Below, in pieces: positions 12,121-24,039 of a DNA stretch of 64,000 nucleotides. Each line of letters begins with the position of its first letter. Positions within the stretch are counted from its first letter, which is position 1. Source of the stretch: Eledone cirrhosa (Eukaryota); NCBI GenBank assembly GCA_964016885.1, contig OZ024743.1, forward strand, positions 285,200,001 through 285,264,000, in the 5' to 3' direction. Below the pieces are notes generated by a model, which was not told where the DNA came from, ran no database searches, and was given only the letters and a program-made list of their open reading frames with translations. Made by a program: the position numbers and the translations under genes.

Positions 12121-13604
12121 CATTTCACCACGCCACGCCACATTTCACCACGCCACATCACATTTCACCACGCCATGCCACATTTCATCACATCACATTA
12201 CATTTCACCACGCCACGCCACATCACATCACATGCCATCACACCACATGCTACCACACTACATCTCACCACACTCCACTACACCATATCCCCCACCCTAC
12301 ATTGAACCACACTCCACTACACCACACCACTGTCCACTACACTAAACCACACTCCACTACACCACACCACACCACTGTCTATTCGACTGTTTTCTATTTC
12401 GTAGGTATGTCCAGTTACAGTAAGAGAAAGAAAGTTATTTCAAAGGATCTGAGTAAGTAAACACTTCATTGACCATCATTTTAAGCAGAATCTCAGTGTA
12501 GTTTTAAATTGACCTTTTCATATGATTACACCTCAGTCTTAACTTAATCACCTGTAGATGGATGCTACATGTAATGTTAAAATTAGTTAAACACTGTTTC
12601 CCCCTTCTCATCACATATGGATGCTACATGTGTATTGTTAACATTAATCTAACGTTGTGTCCCCCCTCCCCCACCTCACCATATCATACCACACCACATA
12701 ACACCATGCTATACCATATATGTATATATATGAGCTCCCCACTCGTTATATTAACTGTATCTCCTCGGTGTTTCGTGAAAGTCTGAGAGATCAGCTATAT
12801 ATTTGTTTACAATTTTTTTTATATTTAGATGGAAAAGAAGAAAAAGACGACAAGGTAGACGACTAAAATGAAAATGACAACAAAGACAAAGAAGACACGG
12901 GAAACGAAGATGACGAAAAGAAGAAAGTATGATCTCAGTTCAGTCTAAACCTAATGATTTATAGATATGATCTTAGTTCAGTCTTAACCTAATGACCTGT
13001 AGATACAATCTATTTAGGTTTAACTTAACATTCAAAGATATTTGTATATATTTTTGTTGATGTTTGACATTGTTTTTTAGTTATGAAATAGCTTATAAGC
13101 TACATTATAGGATCACAGTGCATGAGCACACTGCTCTTTAAATTAACTTTATCTCCTCAGCACTTTGTAAAGTCTGAGAGATAGGCAACATATGTTTTAC
13201 ACTCTTTGTTTTTGGTATTTAGATGGCAGAGGAGAAGATAAAGGCACAGAAGAAGTCAAAGGCACAGAAGAAGACAAAGAAAATGAACAAGAAGAACAAT
13301 TATTATTACTATTATTATTGTTATTATTATTTGTATTATTATAATCAAACTAAGCCACACTACATCAACCTATACCATACCATGCCACACCACACTGACA
13401 AACATTATACCATACCACATTATCCAACACCACACTACGAAACACTGTATGAACTCACATCAGACCATGCTATGAAACAATATACCATACTACACTATAC
13501 AACAATAGACAACACCACACAAGACTATGAAACACTATACGTTACCACACTATATCACACCACTCAAGTTGGAGAGGATCAACTTTTTTCCTGGAAAGTA
13601 GAAA

Positions 13605-16600
13605 ACCTAACTTTAAGCTAAAACCGAACTTTAAAAATAACACTTACCCTAACACGTGCACTCACACATGCTCTAACAGTGAACTTAGCGCTAACATGAA
13701 AACTAACACAAACACAAAATCTGAAAACTAACATTAAATAGAAAACTAACACAAACACTAACCTGAACACTAACACTAAAACTGACACTAACACTAACCT
13801 GAACACCAGCACTAAAACTAACACTGCCGTAAACACTAATACAAACACTAATACTAACCTGAACACTTACACTAAAACTAACATTGGCACAAACATTAGC
13901 CTGAACACTAGCACTAAAACTAACACTGATCTGAGCACTAACACTAAAAGTAACACTAACACAAACACTAATCTGAAAACTGATACTAACCAGAAAACTA
14001 AGCTAACATTAAATTCAACACTAAAACAAACACTAACGCTAACAGAGATACTAACACAAAAACAAACACTAACACAATCTCTAACACTAAAACTAACATT
14101 AACTTGAACACTAACTCTAACCTGAAAACTAAGCTAACATTAACCTGAACACTAATGCTAACACTAACAGAAATACTAATGCTAACATTAACACTAACCT
14201 TAACACAAAAACAAAGACTAACGCTAACACAATCACTAACACTAATGGAAACATCAAACACTAATGCTAACAGAGATACTAACACAAAAACAAATACTAA
14301 CACAATCTCTAACACTAACCTTAACACTAACACTAACATTAACTTGAACACTAACACTAACCTGAACACTTACACTAAAACTAACAGAGATACTAACACA
14401 AATATTAACACAAAACAAACACTAACACAATCTCTAACACTAAAACTAACATTAACTTGAACACTAACACTAACCTGAAAACTAAGCTAACATTAACCTG
14501 AACACTAACACAAACAGAAATACTAATGCTCACATTAACACAAAAACAAAGACTAACGCTAACACAATCACTAACACTAATGGAAACATCAATCACTAAT
14601 GCTAACAGAGATACTAACACAAATATTAACACAAAAACAAACACTAACACAATCTCTAACACTAACCTTAACACTAAAACTAACATTAACACTAACATAA
14701 CTTGAACACTAACACTAACCTGAACACTTACACTAAAACTAACATTAACCTAAACACTAGCACTAAAACTAACACTACCATAAACAGTAACATAAACATT
14801 AACACTGATCTGAGCAGTAACACTAACACTACCATAAAAACTAACACTAAAAAAAACACTAACACTAAAACTGATACTAACCAGAAAACTAAGCTAACAT
14901 TAACCTCAACACTAAAACAAACACTAACATTAACAGAAAAACAAAGACTAGCACTAACACAAACATTAACACAAAATAAAACACTAACACTAACCTGAAC
15001 ACTAACACTAAAACTGACATTAACACGAACATTAACCTGAACACTAACACTACCACTAAAACTAACACTACCATAAACCACTAACCTGAGCACTAACACT
15101 AAAAGTAACACGAGCCCTAACCTGAAAACTAAGTCAACATTAACCTGAACACTAACACAAACACTAACCTGAACACTAACACTAACAAAAATGCTAACAC
15201 TAATACAAAATCAAACACTAACACGAACACTAATGGAAACACTAACGCCAACGCTGACACTGACGAAGATGGCTATGCTGGCACAAACGCTAACACAAAT
15301 GTTGACACAATCTCTTACGCTGACACAAACACTAACGTGAATACTGATGCAGGTGCAAAGGCGAATGCTGACAAAGACTGACGCACACGCTGATGTAAAT
15401 GCTACACAGACTCTAATGCTGACGTGGACACTGACACAAATGCTCACGCTGATGCAAACACTAAAGCAAATGCAGACACTAATGCAAACACAGACGCAAA
15501 TGTTGATGCAGATGTTAAAGCAAACGCAAATGATGACAGCGATGCTAATGTGAACCTTAACGCAGACGTAAACATTGACGTAGAAGCTAAAGGAAACACT
15601 GATGCAAACACTAATGAAAATGCTGACGCAGACGCTGACACAGACGCTAACACACGTTAACACAGATGCTAACGTAAACACTGACGCAGATGCTAACATA
15701 AACGCTGACACAGATGCTAACACACGTTGACACAGACGCTAACGTAAACGATGACGTAGAAGCTAACGTAAACGCTGACACAGACGCAAATGTAAACGCT
15801 GACGCTGATGTAGATGTAAATACAGACGCTGACGTAGAAGCTAACACAAACGCTGACACAGACACTAATGTAAGCGCTGACGTAGAAACTAATGTAGATG
15901 CTGACGTAGAAGCTAACGTAAACGATGACGTAGATGTTAACGTAGATGCTGATGTAGAAGCTAACGTAGATGCTGATGTAGAAGCTAACGTAAACGCTGA
16001 CGTAGAAGCTAACAAAACGCTGACGTAGTTGTTAACGTAGAAGCAGGCGTAGAAATTAGCGTTTACCCTTACCGCCGAAGCTGATCTCCAAAACGTAATT
16101 GCTGATGCGGATTGCTGAAGCCAAAGCCAAGCTAACGCTGACGCAAATGTTGAGGCAGTCTTGCCGGCGCTGACGTGTATGCTGACGCTAATGCAAATGC
16201 TGATGTGGACGCTAGGGCTAAAGCTAACGCTGATGCAAATGTTGAGGCAGTCTTGCCGGCGCTGACGTGTATGCTGACGCTAATGCAAATGCTGATGCGG
16301 ACGCTAGGGCTAAAGCTAACGCTGACGCAAATGCTGAAGTTAACGCTTACATGGGATATGCAGACGCTGCAATGATGCGGACGCCACAGGAAAGGTTAAT
16401 GGAAACGCTAATGCTAACGGAAACGCTGACGTAGACGTTACGGAAACGCTGACGTAGAAGCTAATGTAAACGCTGACACAGACGCTAACGTAAACACTGA
16501 CGTTAACTGAAACGCTGACGCCGATGTAGATGTAAATACTGACGCTGACACAGACGCGGTCGGAAACACTGACGTAGAAGCTAACGGAAACACTGACATA

Positions 16601-17350
16601 GATGCTAACGGAAATGCTGACGTAGAAGCTAACGGAAACACTGACACAGACGCTAACGGAAACACTGACACAGACGCTAACGTAAACACTGATGTAGAAG
16701 CTAACGGAAACAATGACACAGACGCTAACGGAAATGCTGACAAAGACGTTAAAGGAAACACTGTCGCAAACGCTAATGCTAATGTGAATGCTGATGCAGA
16801 TGCTGAAGCAAATGCTAACCCCTACACAAATGCAAACGCTGATGCTAACACTGACTCAAACACTAATGCAAATGCTGACGTGCACGCTGATGCAAACGCT
16901 GACACTGAGGGAAATGCTGACACTGACACAAGTGCTGACGCGGACGCTAATGATAATGCTGACTCAGAAGCTGACGTAGACATAGGCACTGAAACAAACA
17001 CTAGTGCTAACACTAATCTTGACTCAGACGCTAAGGGAAATGCTGACACAATCACTATCACCAACGCAGACGCTGACGCAAATGCTGACACTTACGCAAA
17101 CACTAAGGCTAATCCAAACACTAACGCAGATGCTAACACCAGTCTACATAGACACTAACACAAAAGCTTACATAGACACTTATGCAAATGCTAACGCTGA
17201 TGCAGACAGTAACGCAAACAGTAACTGTAAGAGTAACAGTTACAGTAACACTAACAGTGACAGTAATGCTAACAGTAACACAGTCACTAACAATAAACTT
17301 ACCATTAACAGTAAAACTTACCCTAACACTAACCCTAAATCTAACATTAA
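13605..17350 (+). repeat. 3.7 kb degenerate hexamer tandem array
   Basis: 6-nt periodicity drifting from ACTAAC to GCTGAC/GCTAAC to AGTAAC/CCCTAA. Confidence 0.9.
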
Positions 17351-17499
17351 TCCAGAGAAAAAAGTCATTTGCAATCATATTTAAGGTCACTCTTTAAGAT
17401 ATAGAAGATAGGCATTACATTTTAATGATTTTAATTTAAAGAGAATCACGCTATACGATGCAACACAATAACACACCACACCACACTAACCTACACTAC

Positions 17500-19265
17500 A
17501 CCAAACCAGATTATACCATACCTTGGTAAATTTATGATAGGTTTCCATGTTATAACTACACCAAACTAAACCATACCAAACTACACCAAACCAAACCACA
17601 CCATAACAAACTACACCATACTACATCACACCATGCTATTGAACTCAGTGAGAAAAATTTTCTTCCTGCTTTTTTTGTCTTTTTTTGTGTGTGCTTACCA
17701 CCCAATCTGACATTAAAAGTGTTCGCAATTAACTATTTTTTGCACATATTATCAATGAAGACTTTGAAACCTGTTGAAAATGACTAGCTTTGTAGAAAAA
17801 AGAGAGCAGAAAGTGGGTGGAAATACCATTCACAAAGCTTGTCATTTTTGATTGCAGTGAAAGTCATATTTGTTGTTAATATGGTAATGGAGGCACATGG
17901 CTTAGTGGTTAGAGCATTGGCCTTGCAATCGAAAGGTTGTGAGTTCAATTCTCAGACCAGGTGGTGTGTTGTTTCCTTGAGCAAGACACTTTATTTCACA
18001 TTGCTCCAGTTTACTCAGCTCTAGAAATGAGATGATAGGGACTGGTGTCCCTATCATTCCACTGCAAAGTGGTCGTGTAGGTGCCACGGCAAAAACCACC
18101 CAGCACTCACTGTAAATGAGGTTGGTGTAAGGAAGGGCATCCAGCTGTAGAAATCAAGCCAGAATCAGTTCCCGTCCCACCCTTGCAAGCAGGGAAAAGT
18201 GGACGTAAAATGATGATGATGATGGTAAAAGCATAGTCGGCTGTGAGCATGTTGGCGGTTGGAAAACCATACCACATTAAACTACATCAAACTACACCAT
18301 ACCAAACTACACCATACTACATCACACCATGCTATTAATCTCAGTGAGAACATTTTTCTTCCTGTTTTTTTTTTCTGTGTGTGTGTGTGCTTACCACCCA
18401 ATCTGATATCAAAGGTGCTCACAAATGACTATTTTTTTACACATTATCAATGTATATAACATGGAAACCTATCATTTGCAATAGGTTCCCATGTCATAAC
18501 TACAACAATCCAAACCACACCATAACAAACTACACCATTCTACATCACACCATGCTTTTGATCTCAGTGTGAAAAATTTTCTTCCTGTTTCTTTTTTTTT
18601 TTTTTGTGTGTGTTCTTACCACCCAATCTGACATCAAAGGTGCTGCAATTGACTATTTTTTGCACATATTATCAATAATTATGACATGGAAAACTGTCGA
18701 AAATGACTAGCTTTGTAGAAAAAAGAGGGAGGATGTGGGTGGAAATACCATTTACAAAGCTAGTCATTTTTTATTGCAGCGGAAGTCATATTTTTTGTTA
18801 ATATGCTAAAAGCATAGTCCACTGCGAGCATCTTGGAAGTTGATAGCACATGCAAAAATGAAGGAAAAATTCTTTTTATAACATAAATCAAAGTGGAAAT
18901 TTAAATCCTCACTTATAACAAAGCACACCACAGCACATTAATCTACCCCAATCCACACCATATACTTCACCATAACCATACTTCACCATATGGTAAATTT
19001 ATTACAGAACACCTATTCCTACCATTTACATCACACCAATGCTCGCAGTTGACTATTTTTTTCACATATTATGAATGAATATAACTTTAAAACCTATCGT
19101 CAATGATTAGCTTTGTAGAAAAATGAAGGCAGAAAGTGGGTGGAAAAACCATTCACAAAGCTAGTCATTTTTAATTGCAGTGGAAATCATATTTGTTGTT
19201 AATATGCTAAAAAAATAGTCAATTGCAAGCATTTTGGGGGTCGGATTAGTTGATAGGACATAAAA
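17500..19265 (+). repeat. Tandemly duplicated blocks of the fold-back family
   Basis: CATCACACCATGCT..CTCAGTGAGA..TTACCACCCAATCTGA recurs at ~17625, 18320 and 18543. CTTTGTAGAAAAA..GTGGGTGGAAA recurs at ~17788, 18711 and 19111. Confidence 0.7.
17889..18224 (+). mobile_element. tRNA-derived SINE with RTE-type 3' tail
   Basis: A box TGGCTTAGTGG, B box GAGTTCAATTC, central CCTTGAGCAAGACACT, and a tail GGACGTAAAA(TGA)n shared with the RTE 3'UTR. Confidence 0.85.
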
Positions 19266-19395
19266 AAACAAAGGAAAACAAATATTGTCTATATGTTCCT
19301 GTGGAAAGTCGGGTCTTCTGTATTACTGTGTGACGCCAGAGGTCATAGTCGTGTGTCATTGCCCTTGAGAGGTGCAATTGGGAAAGGTCGGCTTA

Positions 19396-19960
19396 GAAAT
19401 ATTTACTTCTGTGTTCACAGATTGATTTTTTTTTAGTTTCAGAAGATCCCATTAAGGGTGAAAGCAGCCGATTCTTTGCTTAAACTTTAATCTGTTATTT
19501 TAATAAATATTTGCTCTACGGTTCTTATATATTTGATATATATTTATCCTTATCGAGCCCTCTTTGGATGTTAGTCTTCAAATTTATTATTATTACTATT
19601 TGGCTCCCTTGATTGAGTACTCTATTGACTTATATTCATCATGCAGAAACAACAACTGAATATTTCTACAAAGAACACACCCGTACCAAGCAGGAAGAAA
19701 TACCTAAAACTACGTCTCCACGAACCAAAATATCGCCTTCCTGTCTTCCTTTGGTTGCAACGTTTTTCGAAATATTTACTTCTGCATTCACAGATTGATT
19801 TTTTTAGGTTCAGAAGATCCCATTAAGAGTGAAAGCAGCCGATTCTTTGCTTAAACTTTAATCTGTTATTTTAATAAATATTTGCTCTACGGTTCTTATA
19901 TAATTGATATATATTTATCCCTATCGAGCCCTCTTTGGATTTTAGTCTTCATATGTATTA
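19396..19960 (+). repeat. Direct repeat, period 371, with two hammerhead-like motifs (retrozyme-like)
   Basis: 19396-19590 repeats at 19769-19960. The motif AGTTT-CAGAAGA-TCCC ATTAA GGGT-GAAA-GCAG..TTGC-TT-AAACT is in both copies (second copy slightly varied). Confidence 0.7.
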
Positions 19961-20009
19961 TTATTACTATATATATATATATATATATGTGTGTATATAT
20001 TAGTTTATA

Positions 20010-20051
<42 letters not shown>

Positions 20052-20057
20052 CATATT

Positions 20058-20421
20058 GAGAGCATTGGCCTTGCAATCGAAAGGTTGTGAATTCAATTCT
20101 CACACCGGGTGATGTGTTGTTTCCTTGAGCAAGACACTTTATTTCACATTGCTCCAGTTTACTCAGCTGTAGAAATGAGATGATAGGACTGGGGTCCCTA
20201 TCATTCCACTGCAAAGTGGTCGTGGAGGTGCCACGGCAAAAAAGCACCCAGCCCACACTGTAAAGTGGATGTGGAGGTGCCATGGGAAAAAAGCACCCAG
20301 CACTCACTGTAAATGAGGTTGGTGTTAGGAGGGGCATCCTGCTGTAGAAATCAAGCCAGAATCAGTTCCCGTCCCACCCTTGCAAGCAGGGAAAAAGTGG
20401 ACGTAAAATGAAATGATGATG
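20058..20421 (+). mobile_element. SINE copy (5'-truncated), same family as 17889
   Basis: High similarity to 17910-18224. Confidence 0.85.
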
Positions 20422-20424
20422 AAT

Positions 20425-20755
20425 GTTCCCAGCTGTGGTCACCCCATAGTATCAAACTAACCATGGAGCTTGAAGCAATCCAATGAAGCTACACCAAGAA
20501 GGTTGCCACGATGAAGGAGATAGACTACTGGGAGAGTCTAAAAGAACTGAAACTCTACTCCTCGGAATGAAGACGGGAGAGATATGCAATGATATACATA
20601 TGGAAAATCCTGGGGGGACTAAGACCAAACTTTCGCATTGAGAGCTGGACCAATTCTCGAACAGGACCTCACTGTATGGTACCAAAGGTCCCGTCTTCCA
20701 CATCTAGAATCAGGAGCAGCTATTGCAATAGCCTGGGGTTCAAAGGCCCTCAACT
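20425..20755 (+). mobile_element. CR1-group LINE RT C-terminal fragment
   Basis: Encodes YWESLKELKLYS...RYAMIYIWKILGGL. A sister copy lies on the minus strand at 22915-23215. Confidence 0.7.
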
Positions 20756-20827
20756 TGGTTTTCAAAATTTAAACTTGTGTTTCCTATTCATCAATGCTTC
20801 AAGCAAGCTATAAAACTCTGTTATATT

Positions 20828-21210
20828 TCATCATCATCATTTTATGTCAGTTCTTCTACGCTAGCATGGGTTGTCCTGTTGTGGGCAGTGTCTGGTCGGC
20901 TTACCTTGTCTTGCTCATACGGGAACTGATTCTGTCTTGATTTCTACAGCTGGATGCCCTTCCTAACACCAACCTCATTTACAGTGAGTGGTGGGTTTTT
21001 TTTTTTTTTGCCGTGGCACCTCCACGACCACTTTGCAGTGGAATGATAGGGACCCCAGTCCCATCATCTCATTTCTACAGCTGAGTAAACTGGAGCAATG
21101 TGAAATAAAGTGTCTTGCTCAAGGAAACAACACATCACCTGGTCCGAGAATTAAACTCACAACCTTTCAATTGCAAGCCCAATGCTCTAACCACTGAACC
21201 ATGTGCCTTC
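20828..21210 (-). mobile_element. SINE copy, same family as 17889
   Basis: Reverse complement of the tRNA head, central box and (TGA)n tail. Confidence 0.85.
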
Positions 21211-21224
21211 TATTGTTGGTAATG

Positions 21225-22195
21225 TTAGGTCAGGTGACCATGTCTTGCTCATAAAGAACTGATTTTGGCTTGGTTTCTACAGCTGGATGCCCTTCCTAAT
21301 GCCAAGCTCATTTACAGTGAGTACAGGGTGTTTTTTGTTGTGATTCCTCCACGACTACTTTACAGTGTGGACTGGGTGTTTTTTACCGTGTCACCATCAC
21401 GACCACTTTACAGTGTTTCGGCCTGTTCTCATGAAAGATATATTTGCGGGTGGGAAGGAGTGGTGCATACTGTATGTATGTTTCAGGCTTGGCCTGGGCC
21501 AGTGGGAAGTTGGGGTTTCTGTATTACCTCATAACGCCAGAGATCTTGGTCCTGTGGCATTGCCTTTCAGAGGTGCAATTGTGCAAGGTCGGCTTTTATC
21601 ACTTCATCTCAAGTCTTTCTGGGACTTTATGTAGCTGTTATCCTTCATACGAATCACATGTCCATACCAACATAATCTCCTCTCCTGCACACAATATTTG
21701 ATTCCTCTTATGCCTAGTTTCTCTTTCAGTTTGTTTATGCTTTGCTGTTCGCGTATATTACTATTACACATCCATCGGAGCATACAAGCTTCATTCCTTT
21801 CTAATCTACGCAAGTCTTCTACACACAGCGCCCAGCTCTCACTACCATGCAACATTGCCGTTCATATGCACACATCATACAGTCTACCTTTTATTCTGAG
21901 GGAAAAGCCTTTTGTATCCAGCTGTGGCAGTAACTCCCTCAACTTCTTCCATCCCGTTCTTTCAGAACAGCCCCCTCCGCTGCTAATTCGGTATTGTTCT
22001 TACCAAGTCCTCCCAGACTTTGATGTCACTTGTTTTCAGTGATTGCTTGCTGCTTACTGTCCTGGTGCAACTGCTACATGTAAAGCCTACATTCTTAACT
22101 AAACTTCCTGAGATCCCACTACATCTCTTGTGTACCCATAGTTTGCATATGGGGCAGAGGGTGGAGTTTCTACCTACACCTCTCCTACATAATGA
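21225..22195 (-). mobile_element. Degenerate RTE LINE 3' fragment
   Basis: MLHGSESWAL..RRLERNEACMLRWMC and PHD-like CRRGVGRNSTLCPICKLWVHKRC, broken by frameshifts. Confidence 0.9.
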
Positions 22196-22196
22196 G

Positions 22197-22228
<32 letters not shown>

Positions 22229-22253
22229 CACACACTCACATATATATATATAT

Positions 22254-22915
22254 ACTAGCCGAATTACCAGCGCCTTGCTGCGTTTCACACATTTTTTTTG
22301 TAAGAAAATGATGATTGATTTTAAATCAGTGATATAATTTATGGAGAAAAACTCAATATTACTCAATGTAAAATATAATGCATGAAAAATTGGAAAACAT
22401 CATTTTTTGTAATATATCAAATCAAAATTGCATTATTAAATCTTATTCTTATTTTGTTTCTTGTAAATAATTTTTTTCAAAATATCAATTGAAAACTTTT
22501 GTGAATAGGCATCATATCTTGTCATTTACCTATGGTTTAAGTTTCATATAAATCGAAAGGGAAAAGTTTTCAGCGGGGGTTTGTACCCCCGGGGAACCCT
22601 AATAGGGGGTTTAACCACCATTAAGGTGTCTTATAGTATTGAAATTTTGTGAATAGGCATCATATCTCTTCATTTATCTATGGTTTAAATTGCATATAAA
22701 TCGAACCGAAAAAATTTTCAGCGGGGATTTTGTGCCCCCTGGTGAACCCTAATAGGGGGTTTAACCCCCATTAGGGTATTGGAATTTTATTGAAATTTGC
22801 TGAAATGATGTGAATAGGCATCATATCTTGTCATTTACCTATGGTTTAAATTGCATATAAATCGAAGGGAAAACATTTTCAGCAGGGGTTTGTGCCACTG
22901 GTGAACCCTATTAGG
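22254..22915 (-). mobile_element. Helitron-like fragment with ~150-160 nt internal tandem repeats
   Basis: Minus-strand end CGCAGCAAGGCGCTGGTAATTCGGCTAG|T. Units GTGAATAGGCATCATATC start at 22501, 22649 and 22810. Confidence 0.55.
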
Positions 22916-23215
22916 GGTGGTCCCGCTCTCAATACCAAAGTTGGGCGCTAGTCCCTCCAGGATTTTCCATATGTATATCACTGCATATCTCTCCCGTCTT
23001 CGTTCCAAGGAGTAGAGTTTCAGTTCTTTTAGCCTCTCCCAGTAGCTCATCTCCTTCATCGTGCAATCTTCTTGGTGTAGCTTCGTTGGATTGTCTCAAG
23101 TTCCGTGGTTAGTTTGATACTATGGGGTGACCACAGCTGGGAGCAATAGTCCAGGCAGCTTAGGACAAATGGCCTTCATAGTATCAACATGGTCTCCCGG
23201 TCTCTTATAACAGAG
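22915..23215 (-). mobile_element. CR1-group LINE fragment
   Basis: MKEMSYWERLKELKLYSLERRRERYAVIYIWKILEGL. Confidence 0.75.
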
Positions 23216-24039
23216 CAGAAAGAATTCGCGTCAGAATATTCCAACCAATCCAGCCTATATCAGCTGAATAAATATGTATATGGAGATATATATATACACA
23301 CCCACATGCACATATATATATATATACACACGCACGCACACACATATATATATACACACACACATACATACACGCATGCATGCATACATGATGGCTGCCC
23401 CCTCGTTATCGAGTATGGCCATTGCATGATATACCATTATTAATAATTAATTAATTAATTCTATTGTGCAATGCCTGTGCATGAAGATATTTTTTTAAAT
23501 GAGGACAGACTGTGCACTGAGCCAATCCCACTCTCTGAGCGACAGTAGCTATAACCCGAAAAGAAGAAAATATCAACATCATCAGTAACTACTGTGCCGC
23601 AGGTTTTATATCGGAGTTATCCCAGTTTCCTGAGTTGCCTTCTCCTAGAAGAATGCCCTGACAAAGGCTAGGGGTCCTTCACTCCCAGTGGTTTAACCGC
23701 GCGATCGGGTGTCCAGCCCGATTATTTCTATGGCCCCGCGCATGTACATACACATGCACCCATGTATATACACATATACATATACATACACATGTACATG
23801 TGTATATACATATTTACACACTTTTGGATGGCCGTTGATTCTTATGAGATCTTCCGCCCTTTGTCAGGTTTTGTTTTTTGTCCTCAGGGTGTCCAAAATC
23901 ACCCTCCTCACCAAGTAAACTTGGTGGGGTTGCCGGTTTAGTCGCCAACGACCCGACCATGCGACAAGTTGTACTGGGTTACGTTACCAATAGCACTCAA
24001 GAGTGACCCGACTTACATACATAAATACATACTACATGA

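Noticed and set aside
13618-17397. LV-, TN- and ADAN-repeat ORFs as real proteins
   Set aside because: Short, overlapping in many frames on both strands, with frameshifts; expected from a hexamer array.
17889-17962. tRNA gene
   Set aside because: The A/B boxes belong to a SINE head that continues into the SINE body and tail; no complete cloverleaf.
22498-22915. CRISPR-like repeat array (also 44830-45050)
   Set aside because: Eukaryotic context; whole units are repeated without unique spacers and there are no cas genes.
23580-24010. GC-richer structured segments resembling RTE 5'UTRs, considered as HDV-like ribozymes
   Set aside because: Partial pseudoknot-like pairings are visible, but P1.1, P4 and the catalytic J4/2 C could not be assigned convincingly; needs an RNAMotif search.
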